Below the pieces are notes generated by a model. The model made no database searches. It was given only the letters and a program-made list of their open reading frames with translations, and was not told where the DNA came from. Of a stretch of DNA of 64,000 nucleotides, positions 9,381-18,299 are shown piece after piece. The translations under genes and the position numbers were made by a program. The stretch comes from Nostoc sp. (lineage in GTDB: Bacteria > Cyanobacteriota > Cyanobacteriia > Cyanobacteriales > Nostocaceae). The stretch spans positions 1 to 64,000 of the forward strand of contig JBALDB010000007.1 of NCBI GenBank assembly GCA_036918135.1, written 5' to 3'. Numbering within the stretch: the stretch's first letter is position 1; every line of letters starts with the position of its first letter.

Positions 9381-9878
9381 ATGGGTAGACCAGCAGCAAG
9401 AATTACTGACAATGTGGCGCATCCCTTACCCCCAGTCTTAACAGGAGGGCCGGGTAGTCGCAATGTATTGATTGGGTCTTTACCTGCGTGGCGGGGCGTA
9501 CTTGCTGCCGCAGTACCAGGTTTGCAGTCTGCCAAAACATCTTCTGATGCAGCTATCAAAGCGGCTGAGGCTGCTACCGTCGCGGCTGCTGGTACACCAG
9601 GGGCACCTGCTGCTGCTGCTGCTGAACAAACTACAAAGGCAACAGCATCAACTACTATGGGAAGTGCGATCGCTACTGCTGCTGCTGGTGCTGATATTCA
9701 TAATTGCGCTACACCTTTACCTGTACCTCCTCACGGGCCTGGGGTTGTGATTGACGGTAGTCAGACAGTGCTGATTAACAATCTCCCTGCCTGTCGGATG
9801 GGCGATACTATTTTAGAAGCATTAGGGCCACCAAATAAAATTATCAAAGGTAATCCCACTGTTCTTATTGGCGGCTGA
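9381..9878 (+). CDS. PAAR-domain spike tip protein with Ala-rich insertion
   Basis: GRPAARITD...NVLIGSLPAWR...HNC.....PPH...GSQTVLINNLPACRMGD...GNPTVLIGG. GGAGG at 9371. Confidence 0.9.
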   Translation: MGRPAARITDNVAHPLPPVLTGGPGSRNVLIGSLPAWRGVLAAAVPGLQSAKTSSDAAIKAAEAATVAAAGTPGAPAAAAAEQTTKATASTTMGSAIATAAAGADIHNCATPLPVPPHGPGVVIDGSQTVLINNLPACRMGDTILEALGPPNKIIKGNPTVLIGG

Positions 9879-10066
9879 TTAAGCAGGCACTAAATCAGCC
9901 GCAATTCACGATTATTTAGCTTAAACCTCGTTTCTAGCCTCTGGCTGGGAACAAGGCAATTTTGAATTTTAAATTTTGAATTACCAGGAGGGTTCGACCT
10001 TTGGCGAATAGGCTTTACCCCTTTGTGCCGATATCTTTGAAGATATACATTGTCACAGCTGTCTAA

Positions 10067-10489
10067 GTGCCAGATATGGTTTATGGTCGTGAACGAGCCT
10101 ATTTGGGAACAGGTTGGGCTTATCCTCTGCGCTTGAGCGTGCAAGGTGGGATACAGCTTAGCCGTGAAGAACAAAAAGTCAAAGAATCTATTTGGATTAT
10201 CCTCCGCACCGGAGTAGGTGAGCGGGTTTATCGACCTACTTTTGGTTCGCGCTTGTCAGAACTGGCGTTTGCACCTTTAAATACCGATACTCTGCTGCGA
10301 ATTCGGATTTATGTTTTAGAAGCTTTAGAAGTTTGGGAACCACGCATTTTTATTGATGAAGTTCTCACCGATCCTGACCCTGTGCGCGGCAGAGTAGATA
10401 TCACTATTAATTATCGACTCAAAGAAGGCCCTGATATTTACAGCTTTGTTTATCCTTTTTATTTGGTTTCAGCTGGGGAGGAATCGTGA
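10067..10489 (+). CDS. GPW/gp25-family baseplate protein (Afp9-like)
   Basis: YLGTGWAYP...VKESIWIILRT..GERVYRPTFGS...LEVWEPRI...FVYPFYL. Confidence 0.92.
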   Translation: MPDMVYGRERAYLGTGWAYPLRLSVQGGIQLSREEQKVKESIWIILRTGVGERVYRPTFGSRLSELAFAPLNTDTLLRIRIYVLEALEVWEPRIFIDEVLTDPDPVRGRVDITINYRLKEGPDIYSFVYPFYLVSAGEES

Positions 10490-12687
10490 ACTTTGACTTT
10501 TTACCAAAATTACCTTCTTCTAACCTAGACGATCGCGCTTTCGATGACTTGGTAGACGAATGTATAATGCGTATTCCCCGCTACTGTCCGGAATGGACAG
10601 ACCACAATCTTAGTGACCCAGGAATTACGCTCATTGAGTTATTTGCTTGGTTGACTGACCAAATGTTGCTCAGATTTAACCAAGTACCCCGAAAAAATTA
10701 TGTAGCTTTTCTAGAATTACTCGGTATTCGTCTCCAGCCTCCCGCCCCAGCACACACAGAATTAACTTTTTATTTAACCGCTGCTCTGCCGGAAGCTTAT
10801 ACTATTCCAGCAGGATTAGAAGCTGCAACTATTCAAACTGAAACAACAGATTCTATTACTTTTAGTACGGATTCGCCGTTAATTATCGGCAAACCCCGAA
10901 TACAGCACTTTTTAACCGCCCAAACCACCGAAGATATTCCCCAATCTCTGCGAGAAAGAGTCACAACTTCCTGGACTCGTGAATTCAACGGTTTCTGGAC
11001 AGGTAACGAACAGTCAATTTTTGAAGAAGAACCCCAGCCTGGTAATTGCTTTTATTTAGTAATTAATTCTGAGGATTCTTTAGATGCTAATGTCTTAGAA
11101 ATTATTTTCCAAGGAGCTGCGGCTACGCCTGCGGGGATTAACCCCAATCAACCACCCCGCAAATGGGAAGCTTGGGATGGAGAAAATTGGCAACCAGTTT
11201 TATTACAAGAATCAGATGATAAAACTCGCGGCTTCAGTTTTTACGAAATGGCGCAACAAGGTGGAAATCCGGAGCAAGGTGCAGAAATACTTTTGCATCT
11301 GCCTCAAATTTGGCCTGTAACTAACTTTACCTCTTACCGGGGTCGCTGGCTGCGCTGTAGCTTTGCCATCACCCAAAGCAATCAATCTGGTTACAACCGT
11401 CCACCACGAATTACTGGCTTAGCAGTGCAATCAATTGGCGGTACAGTCAGGGCTAGTCACAGTACGCTGATTCTAGATGAGCGCTTGGGAATTAGTGATG
11501 GTACACCTGGTCAGAGTTTCCAACTGCAAACCTCACCAATTTTAGAGCGCAGAGAAAACGAGTATATTTTAGTGACTCCGGCTAATGGTTTGCCTCAGAA
11601 GTGGACTGAGGTAAGAGATTTTGCTGATTCTGCAGCGCATCACCTTCATTACACCGTCGATTCCCTCACGGGTGAAGTGCAATTTGGCCCCTTGATTCGG
11701 GAACCCAATCAAATCAAACAGCAAACCCAAGTGCGATCGCGCATTCAGCAACCATCACTCGATGATACATCTGTACAAGTCAGTACTTTAGAAAACAGCC
11801 AATCTCAGCACCAGTATGGGGCGATTCCTCCCCGTGGGGCAGAGATTAGAATGGTGGCATATCGTACAGGTGGTGGCAGAGAAGGCAATGTCCAAGCTGG
11901 AGCAATTCAGTTTTTGAAGTCTGCATATCCATATATTGCCACTGTGATTAATCGCATACCAGCAATTAATGGTGCCGATGCCGAATCGCTAGAACAAGCT
12001 GTAATCAAAGCACCACGAATCCTACGTACCCGCGATCGCGCCGTCACCGCCGAAGATTTTGAAGTTTTAGCCCAACAAGCAGGCAGAGGAGCGATCGCTC
12101 GCGTCCGGTGTTTGCCAGCAAATTCTCAAAGACAAGCAGGTATAGTTACTTTAGTGGTAGTTCCCTTTGCAAACACAGATGCGATCGCTCAAGGCAACGG
12201 GATGACACCAGAAGAATTTGGTCTAAGTCATGCACTCCAAGACCAAATCTTAAGTTATTTAGATGAAAGACGTTTATTAGGAGTACAAATAGAACTACAA
12301 GAACCAAATTACGTAGGTGTTTCTGTACAAACAGAAATTGCCTTAGAACCCGCCTACGATAATCCTTATGCTAGAGAAGAAATTCGCCGGAATTTAAGAG
12401 TACTGCTGTATAAATATTTAAATCCCTTAACCGGAGGACTTGACGGCCAAGGTTGGCCGTTTGGGCGACCAGTTTATACATCCGATATTGTCGCCTTACT
12501 GCAACAAACCCCAGGCGTGCGTCATTTAGGCCCCGTCCTGCTATTTCCCATCCGCAAACAAGGAGAAAATTGGCGACGACAATCATCACCAGAACAATTA
12601 ATAGACCCAGGCCCAGAAGGCTTAATATGTTCTTGGGCTGATACAAATCTGCGTTCAAATCACGACATCCAGATTATTAATCGCTGA
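10486..12687 (+). CDS. Baseplate J/gp6-like assembly protein (Afp11-like)
   Basis: NLDDRAFDDLV...PEWTDHNLSDPGITLIELFAW; YRTGGGREGNV; RTRDRAVTAEDFE; GWPFGRPV. Overlaps the gp25 stop. Confidence 0.92.
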   Translation: MNFDFLPKLPSSNLDDRAFDDLVDECIMRIPRYCPEWTDHNLSDPGITLIELFAWLTDQMLLRFNQVPRKNYVAFLELLGIRLQPPAPAHTELTFYLTAALPEAYTIPAGLEAATIQTETTDSITFSTDSPLIIGKPRIQHFLTAQTTEDIPQSLRERVTTSWTREFNGFWTGNEQSIFEEEPQPGNCFYLVINSEDSLDANVLEIIFQGAAATPAGINPNQPPRKWEAWDGENWQPVLLQESDDKTRGFSFYEMAQQGGNPEQGAEILLHLPQIWPVTNFTSYRGRWLRCSFAITQSNQSGYNRPPRITGLAVQSIGGTVRASHSTLILDERLGISDGTPGQSFQLQTSPILERRENEYILVTPANGLPQKWTEVRDFADSAAHHLHYTVDSLTGEVQFGPLIREPNQIKQQTQVRSRIQQPSLDDTSVQVSTLENSQSQHQYGAIPPRGAEIRMVAYRTGGGREGNVQAGAIQFLKSAYPYIATVINRIPAINGADAESLEQAVIKAPRILRTRDRAVTAEDFEVLAQQAGRGAIARVRCLPANSQRQAGIVTLVVVPFANTDAIAQGNGMTPEEFGLSHALQDQILSYLDERRLLGVQIELQEPNYVGVSVQTEIALEPAYDNPYAREEIRRNLRVLLYKYLNPLTGGLDGQGWPFGRPVYTSDIVALLQQTPGVRHLGPVLLFPIRKQGENWRRQSSPEQLIDPGPEGLICSWADTNLRSNHDIQIINR

Positions 12688-12762
12688 TTAGTCATTAGTA
12701 GAGACGCGATTAATCGCCTCTGTACAATAGTCATTGCTTATTCTCCCCATCACCCCAATTTT

Positions 12763-13794
12763 ATGGTTCAAAGTCGCTCTAGTCCGGCTGTCCGCATTCA
12801 ATTAACGCCAATGCAAATTCCTGAAGCTTTACCTGTAGCAGGTTTAGCCTTCGCCAATGCTGAAAACATGGATGTAGCAGGACGTAGTTTACTCTTGCAT
12901 CCTGGACACCCAAGCCAGATGGTTGTGCAAGTGCAAAACTTAGAAGCGCGTCCTTTACAGGTAAACTTCAGCGTTGAGGGAAACTTTCCCACTCAATGGT
13001 GTCAAATTGGCACAGAAGGTAGTGAGATACCACCTCGCGGACAAATGGATGCAGTTCTATACTTTTCTATTCCTGAGACATTTTTTGAAGACCAAGAAGC
13101 CATAAACTCAGGTACACAAGACAAACTAACTCTTAATTTTCGCAGCTTAGTTACTCTACATATTGATTCAGGCACAGACAACGAACAAATCCACAGAAGC
13201 GAATATTTTGATTTATACATCCGTCCCTATACCGCCTACATGGAATTCTTGCCAATTTTGTATCGTGAAGTAGACTTTATTGGTCGCTTCATGAAAATAT
13301 TTGAGCAAGCTTTTCAACCAATAATTGATAGTTATAACGTCATGTGGGCAAACCTCGACCCCCTGACAACACCGCAAGCATTACTACCCTTTATGGCTCA
13401 TTGGGTTGCTTGGCAAGTAGATTCCGTCTGGAATCTCCAGCAACAGCGGCGTTTAATTCGCCGTGCAGTAGAACTTTATCGCTGGCGGGGAACTCGTAAA
13501 GGATTGCGTCTCTACTTACATCTTTATACAGGTTTACCATTAGACGAACATTTATCTAATGAAGCAGATAAACATATTAGTATCACTGAACCTTTTGGCC
13601 CAAGTTTCATTATTGGAGAAGCACAACTCGGAAATGCAGTTTTAGCAGGTGGACAACCATATCATTTTATAGTCCGTTTGCGTTCCAATATTTCTAGTGG
13701 CATCATCAACGAACAACTTATTCAAAGAATCATCGAACAAGAAAAACCAGCTTTCTGCACCTACGAACTAACTATTGAAAATCCTGCTAATTAA
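12763..13794 (+). CDS. Baseplate wedge / P2 gpI-like tail protein (Afp12-like)
   Basis: FLPILYREVDFIGRFMKIFE...LDPLTTPQALLPFMAHWVAW...RRLIRRAVELYRWRGTRKGL...IIEQEKPAFC. Confidence 0.88.
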   Translation: MVQSRSSPAVRIQLTPMQIPEALPVAGLAFANAENMDVAGRSLLLHPGHPSQMVVQVQNLEARPLQVNFSVEGNFPTQWCQIGTEGSEIPPRGQMDAVLYFSIPETFFEDQEAINSGTQDKLTLNFRSLVTLHIDSGTDNEQIHRSEYFDLYIRPYTAYMEFLPILYREVDFIGRFMKIFEQAFQPIIDSYNVMWANLDPLTTPQALLPFMAHWVAWQVDSVWNLQQQRRLIRRAVELYRWRGTRKGLRLYLHLYTGLPLDEHLSNEADKHISITEPFGPSFIIGEAQLGNAVLAGGQPYHFIVRLRSNISSGIINEQLIQRIIEQEKPAFCTYELTIENPAN

Positions 13795-13878
13795 AAACTT
13801 AGCCAATAAAATCTTAATCTTCTCTTTCTATCTTTGTTTCTGTATTAGCTTTTTTGAATTTTGAATTTTGAATTACTT

Positions 13879-15078
13879 ATGTCTCACCCTTTCCCACCCC
13901 CACCAATTAAATCCTTAGAACGCCTGCAAGCCGCAGATGGATTACTAATTAATGCTGAACGCTGGCGGACAGCCCACAATTACCATCGTCTACGGCAAAA
14001 CGCCCAATATCAAAGTTTAAATCAACCAGGAATTGTCTGCGGTTTAGGCGTGCGAGACATTCCTGCACCAAGCCAAGTAGAAGCCAGATATCGAGATGGA
14101 CGTTGGGTACAAATTCAACCTGGTATAGCCATTGATTTAGCAGGTAATTTAATTGTTGTACCAATCTCCTATGACTTTCCCATTGATATAGAAGTAGCAA
14201 CCTCAGAACCAATCACAATCTACTTAGTAGTTAGCTATGTAGACCCTGATGAATTGCGGCGTACACAGCAAAGAGATATTGTTCAAGAAACTTATAGAAT
14301 CGACCAAAGAAACTCCACGCCAGTCACCTCAGAAATCGAAATATGTCGAATCCTGCTGCAACCAGGACATACTGATATTATTCAACCTGCGGATGCTTTT
14401 TTTCCTGGATATAACAACATTGATTTGCGTTATCGCCGTCAAGCACAAATGCGTCCCCAAGCACTTGTATGTATGGCGCAGGCCAATCATAGTGACCCAG
14501 AATGTGCGCGTAATTTTTTCAGCCTTTCCTACTTATTACAAGCAGTAGAACCCTTATATCCCAGTTTGCGAGGAGCTGATGAACCAGGTCAGGTTTCTTT
14601 ATCGGAAAATATTCTAGACTTTGACCTACTTTATCTCACAGGTGGACAGGCTATATCTTTAAATAGTCTGGAATTTGAATCACTGAAAAATTACTTAAAT
14701 TTAGGTGGTGTGCTTTTAGTTGATGCACCAGTAAATGCTAACCCTTTGATTGAAAGTATTCAAGCATTAGCACAACAGTTAGAGAGTCCTTTAAGACCTT
14801 TAGAAGAATTACAACGTAGTCATCCTTTAAGAACAAAACCTTTTTTGTTTGCTGCCTTACCAATGGTTAATCAACAACAAATCAAACTGTTAATCGGTGG
14901 AGGAATTATTTTAGTAATTGGGGATTTAGCAACTGCCTGGGGACTGGATAGAGATTTGAATTTACCCCGATTAACGATTCGGATAGCTCAAGAACTCGGA
15001 GTTAATATTCTTCATTATGCTTGGAAGCGGCGACAATTAATCGGTTTGCAACAGGAAGATAATTCCGGGCAGTGGTGA
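13879..15078 (+). CDS. CIS fibre-like protein with C-terminal DUF4159-like domain
   Basis: N-terminal ERLQAADGLLI...YHR.RQ...GIVCGLGV...IQPGIAIDLAGNLIVV is typical of CIS fibre attachment domains. C-terminal LYLTG...LKNYLNLGGVLLVDA...GVNILHYA. Confidence 0.75.
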   Translation: MSHPFPPPPIKSLERLQAADGLLINAERWRTAHNYHRLRQNAQYQSLNQPGIVCGLGVRDIPAPSQVEARYRDGRWVQIQPGIAIDLAGNLIVVPISYDFPIDIEVATSEPITIYLVVSYVDPDELRRTQQRDIVQETYRIDQRNSTPVTSEIEICRILLQPGHTDIIQPADAFFPGYNNIDLRYRRQAQMRPQALVCMAQANHSDPECARNFFSLSYLLQAVEPLYPSLRGADEPGQVSLSENILDFDLLYLTGGQAISLNSLEFESLKNYLNLGGVLLVDAPVNANPLIESIQALAQQLESPLRPLEELQRSHPLRTKPFLFAALPMVNQQQIKLLIGGGIILVIGDLATAWGLDRDLNLPRLTIRIAQELGVNILHYAWKRRQLIGLQQEDNSGQW

Positions 15079-15204
15079 ATATAAAGTTATACCAATTCAA
15101 AATTCAAAATTCATGCATTAAGAAAGCCAGACAGAACAAAGGTATGTCCGTATGTATCTGTCGCATTCTTTTTTCAAATTGGTATTAGTAGAATCATCCT
15201 ATCA

Positions 15205-15299
15205 ACTAAGTAGATAGACATGATTAAATCTAAGATGTGATTGCGAGCGAAGCGAAGCAATCACAGAACATATTATATTTATTTATGTCCATCAACTTA
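15205..15299. repeat. Palindromic Nostoc-type dispersed repeat / MITE-like element between convergent genes
   Basis: Outer arms tagatagacatgattaaat...atttatttatgtccatcaact; inner gtgattgcgagcgaagcgaagcaatcac. Confidence 0.6.
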
Positions 15300-15328
15300 T
15301 AATCAATGTTTAGCGCCAAGCTAAAGTA

Positions 15329-17551
15329 TCAATTTTCTCCATTGATAATTTTCCGTAAGCGATTTAATTGGCTACGATACAATGCATCAACGATATCATC
15401 ATCGGTTGTAAAGACTCCTTCAATCCAATCGCCACTCCAAGCATGACCTTCTACAAGGCGATAAAGTTGAGCGCGATCGCCCACTGGAGCTGTGCGGAAG
15501 ATTTCAATCACCCGTTCTCCTTCATCTTCTCCAGTCCAACCTCCAATCAAAGCGCGCACGCGATCGGCACGTTGATTCAAGGTCAGATGGGGCAAATCGT
15601 CGGTACTTTCTTCCATTACAGCATCATCTTCATTGAATCCTGCCTGCCCTTCGGATGGATTAAAGTCAATAATGCTCCGCAATCCAACTAGAGGATTAGC
15701 GACCAGTGGTTCCAGGAATCCATGAGTAAATGCTGCTTGGGGATGAACCGTTCCCAGCCAGCCATCTGCGACTTTTTGATTTTCTGGGAACTGAGCAGCC
15801 ATCCCATCTAACTTACCCTTGATTTCACCTGATTTAACACTCTCTGTAATCGCTTGTCCATAGGTTGGATCCATATCCGAGCGAATTTTTACAGTCCACA
15901 GTGCATCTAGGGAATCTGCTTGCCAGTTCTGAGTTCCGTTATCGGCGTCTGCATCGAGACGTGGCAGAACTTGTTCCGGCGCATACTTAGTACTAGGAAC
16001 GGCAGGACTGCCAGCTTGTGCCTTCACGGAATCCAAAATCCACTCCGATGAGTAGGGGCCTGGATTTCCACTTCCGAAAGCGTGGGCATTCTCGATATCT
16101 TTACAACCGAGTTTGACAGCTAATTCTGCCATTTTAGCTGTTTGATTATTAGAATCTACCTTGTTCAGGTTACTATCACCGAAAGTTTTCCAGCGATCGC
16201 CCAAGTCATTCACCACCCACAATCCTTGTTCGTTATCAAAATCATGGGCAACTAAAGCCACCAAATCGTCAAATCCCAATTCTGGCATATTGGCAGTTTT
16301 TTCTTGTACTTGGGCAATAATCGTGTCGTAAATAGCTGAAACAGTTCCGAAAATTGTCGCGCCATTTGTAGTATTGTCATTGATGTAGCGTGCCACATCA
16401 AGGGCAATCTTCCGCTTCATGTTGTTAAAGAATAGGGGATATTTTTGTCGCCAATACTGCCGAATGTCAGCTCTGGGTGTACGTAAATGTCCGGCTGCAA
16501 AGTGGTCTGTCAAAAAGTGGTGGGCAGCAGCTTCACGCGCCATTCCTTCACTAATGTCTTGCCCCGATTGTCCAGCAAAGAATGCCCGTAAAATTGCGTC
16601 TTCATGTAAAGCTTGATAGGAACCACCCGCAGAGGATCTATTTCCTCTGCCCGGGCCTGCCTTACCATGAGGGGCAGCGAAATGTTCGCTATTGTTCGCT
16701 GCTAACCGCAGATAACGGTTATCAACGGCTTCAGTTACAGCCTTAGAAAACTCCAGTTGTGCCCAGATTCCCCCCTGTGGCTGTTCGGGTGTAGGGATTT
16801 GAGCAAATCTAGGATCTTGGGGATTGATGGTTTTGATGGCATAGATGATTTCATCTTGTGTGCCGGGAGTTTTACCCGGATCGGGCGATGGGGTTGCTGC
16901 GAGACGAAACAGCGAGTCAGGAACGGGTTCCTCAACACCTTGCTCATTCAAACGAGTATCACGAGGATCGAAGTAGTCGCCGCTCAACATGGTGATATCG
17001 CCATGAGTGAGGCGAAAGGGAATTTGTAGCGGTGGCTGAATTTCTGTCCCTGTGGTAAGTTCTCCTCCCTGAAAGTCATAGGTTTGCCCACCAGACCCTT
17101 TATCACCTAATGATTTATGCTCTAGTGAGCCAAATCGTTGGATTATCGGTTGTGAAGTGGGATGAATGCCGATCTGTTGCTTTTGTTGCACAGTAGTATC
17201 AGGCATCGAGATGATTTGATTAGCTACCTGCTGTGCTTGGTGTTCGTACTGGTCTTTTGGTTCTCCAACCGTCAGTTTTGCTTGGGGACGATGCAACAAT
17301 ATGCGACTAATGTCGTGACTAAGGGGCTGTTGCTTAATGGTTTCTAGTTGTAATAATTGTTGCTCGGCAGATTGTGTATCTTGCGAGTCGGTTACTACCT
17401 GATTAACTTCAGAGGATGAGGCAGTATTTATTTGTGAACCGAAACCGCGTATTGGATTCGCCAATGTAGGAATACTTGAAAAAACAAGCGAGGGATTCGT
17501 AGAAGTGGATGTAGCTGCTTTTTTTTGATGTCCAATTTTGCGATCGCTCAT
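15329..17551 (-). CDS. eCIS cargo-like protein: shared leader + putative Zn-dependent phospholipase C (PlcA/PlcB-like)
   Basis: Leader GFGSQ...LSHDISRILLHRPQAKLTVGEPKDQYE. Then QR-FGSLEH, GDITMLSGDYF, YLRLAANNSEHF, YQALH, HFLTDHFAAGHLRTPR, HDFDNEQGLWVVNDLGDRW..FGD. ATG at 17551 preferred over the TTG at 17584. Confidence 0.8.
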   Translation of the reverse strand: MSDRKIGHQKKAATSTSTNPSLVFSSIPTLANPIRGFGSQINTASSSEVNQVVTDSQDTQSAEQQLLQLETIKQQPLSHDISRILLHRPQAKLTVGEPKDQYEHQAQQVANQIISMPDTTVQQKQQIGIHPTSQPIIQRFGSLEHKSLGDKGSGGQTYDFQGGELTTGTEIQPPLQIPFRLTHGDITMLSGDYFDPRDTRLNEQGVEEPVPDSLFRLAATPSPDPGKTPGTQDEIIYAIKTINPQDPRFAQIPTPEQPQGGIWAQLEFSKAVTEAVDNRYLRLAANNSEHFAAPHGKAGPGRGNRSSAGGSYQALHEDAILRAFFAGQSGQDISEGMAREAAAHHFLTDHFAAGHLRTPRADIRQYWRQKYPLFFNNMKRKIALDVARYINDNTTNGATIFGTVSAIYDTIIAQVQEKTANMPELGFDDLVALVAHDFDNEQGLWVVNDLGDRWKTFGDSNLNKVDSNNQTAKMAELAVKLGCKDIENAHAFGSGNPGPYSSEWILDSVKAQAGSPAVPSTKYAPEQVLPRLDADADNGTQNWQADSLDALWTVKIRSDMDPTYGQAITESVKSGEIKGKLDGMAAQFPENQKVADGWLGTVHPQAAFTHGFLEPLVANPLVGLRSIIDFNPSEGQAGFNEDDAVMEESTDDLPHLTLNQRADRVRALIGGWTGEDEGERVIEIFRTAPVGDRAQLYRLVEGHAWSGDWIEGVFTTDDDIVDALYRSQLNRLRKIINGEN

Positions 17552-17730
17552 CTCACCCTTCCCCCATCTATCACTGAGTTTCAAAAAATAGTATTTGGGT
17601 CGATTGTATAATTTATCTAATTGCGATCGCTATCGACTTAAGTATAAATTATTCTACCTATGGCTGAAAGCTAGATTGGCATTTATTTAAACAACGCTAT
17701 CTCTTCACTCTATCGGAGTATGTGGTTTAA

Positions 17731-18177
17731 TTACCTGAAAATTGCTGTATAACGCATCTGTTTGATTCGTGGACTGTCTTGCTCACTTGCATACAAAGTT
17801 TTTTTATTGGTCAATTCTAACCGTTGAACTGCACGGTGCATGATTGATATACTTATGTTAATACCACTGCGTTCGGCTAAACGCTCACATAATTCTGATA
17901 GTATGGCATCCGGTTGCTGATCTACTAATTGCTGTACAGCAGGCAAGTTGTCAATTTTTATTTTAGCGATGCCTTCTCTACGAGACGCTACGCTAACGCT
18001 CCACCTCCATGAGGCTTAGCGTTCACTTCTTCCGTCTTTTGATAACTACGTATCAAGCGTTGAACGAACGATAAGCACTCCTTGAAAGCGTTCAGCTAGT
18101 TGTCGTTGAGACCCAAGCTTTGCTTTATAAGCATCAACCACACGTTGGCGTATATCCTGAGAGTAGGGGGCAGGCAT
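17731..18177 (-). pseudogene. IS630-family transposase remnant (N-terminal HTH only; frameshifted and interrupted by a short repeat)
   Basis: MPAPYSQDIRQRVVDAYKAKLGSQRQLAERF / LSFVQRLIR...KPHGGG / QQPDAILSELCE...SIMHRAVQRLELTNKKTLYASEQ. No DDE domain follows. Confidence 0.85.
17966..17999. repeat. 26-nt short dispersed repeat inserted into a HIP1 site
   Basis: GCGAT + gccttctctacgagacgctacgctaa + CGC. Confidence 0.85.
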
Positions 18178-18299
18178 TCACGAGCAAGATTTTTACTGCA
18201 TCTTTAAGTTTACTAGATTTGTAATCTACTCAATTGAAAACTGCTGTATAAGCGCAGCGATACACGCGTGGAGTTCGGGCGTCTTGAGCACTCAACACT

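Noticed and set aside
2333..15078. Prophage or type VI secretion system
   Set aside because: No capsid, portal, terminase, integrase, TssJLM or ClpV genes are present; gene order and motifs match Afp/PVC-type CIS.
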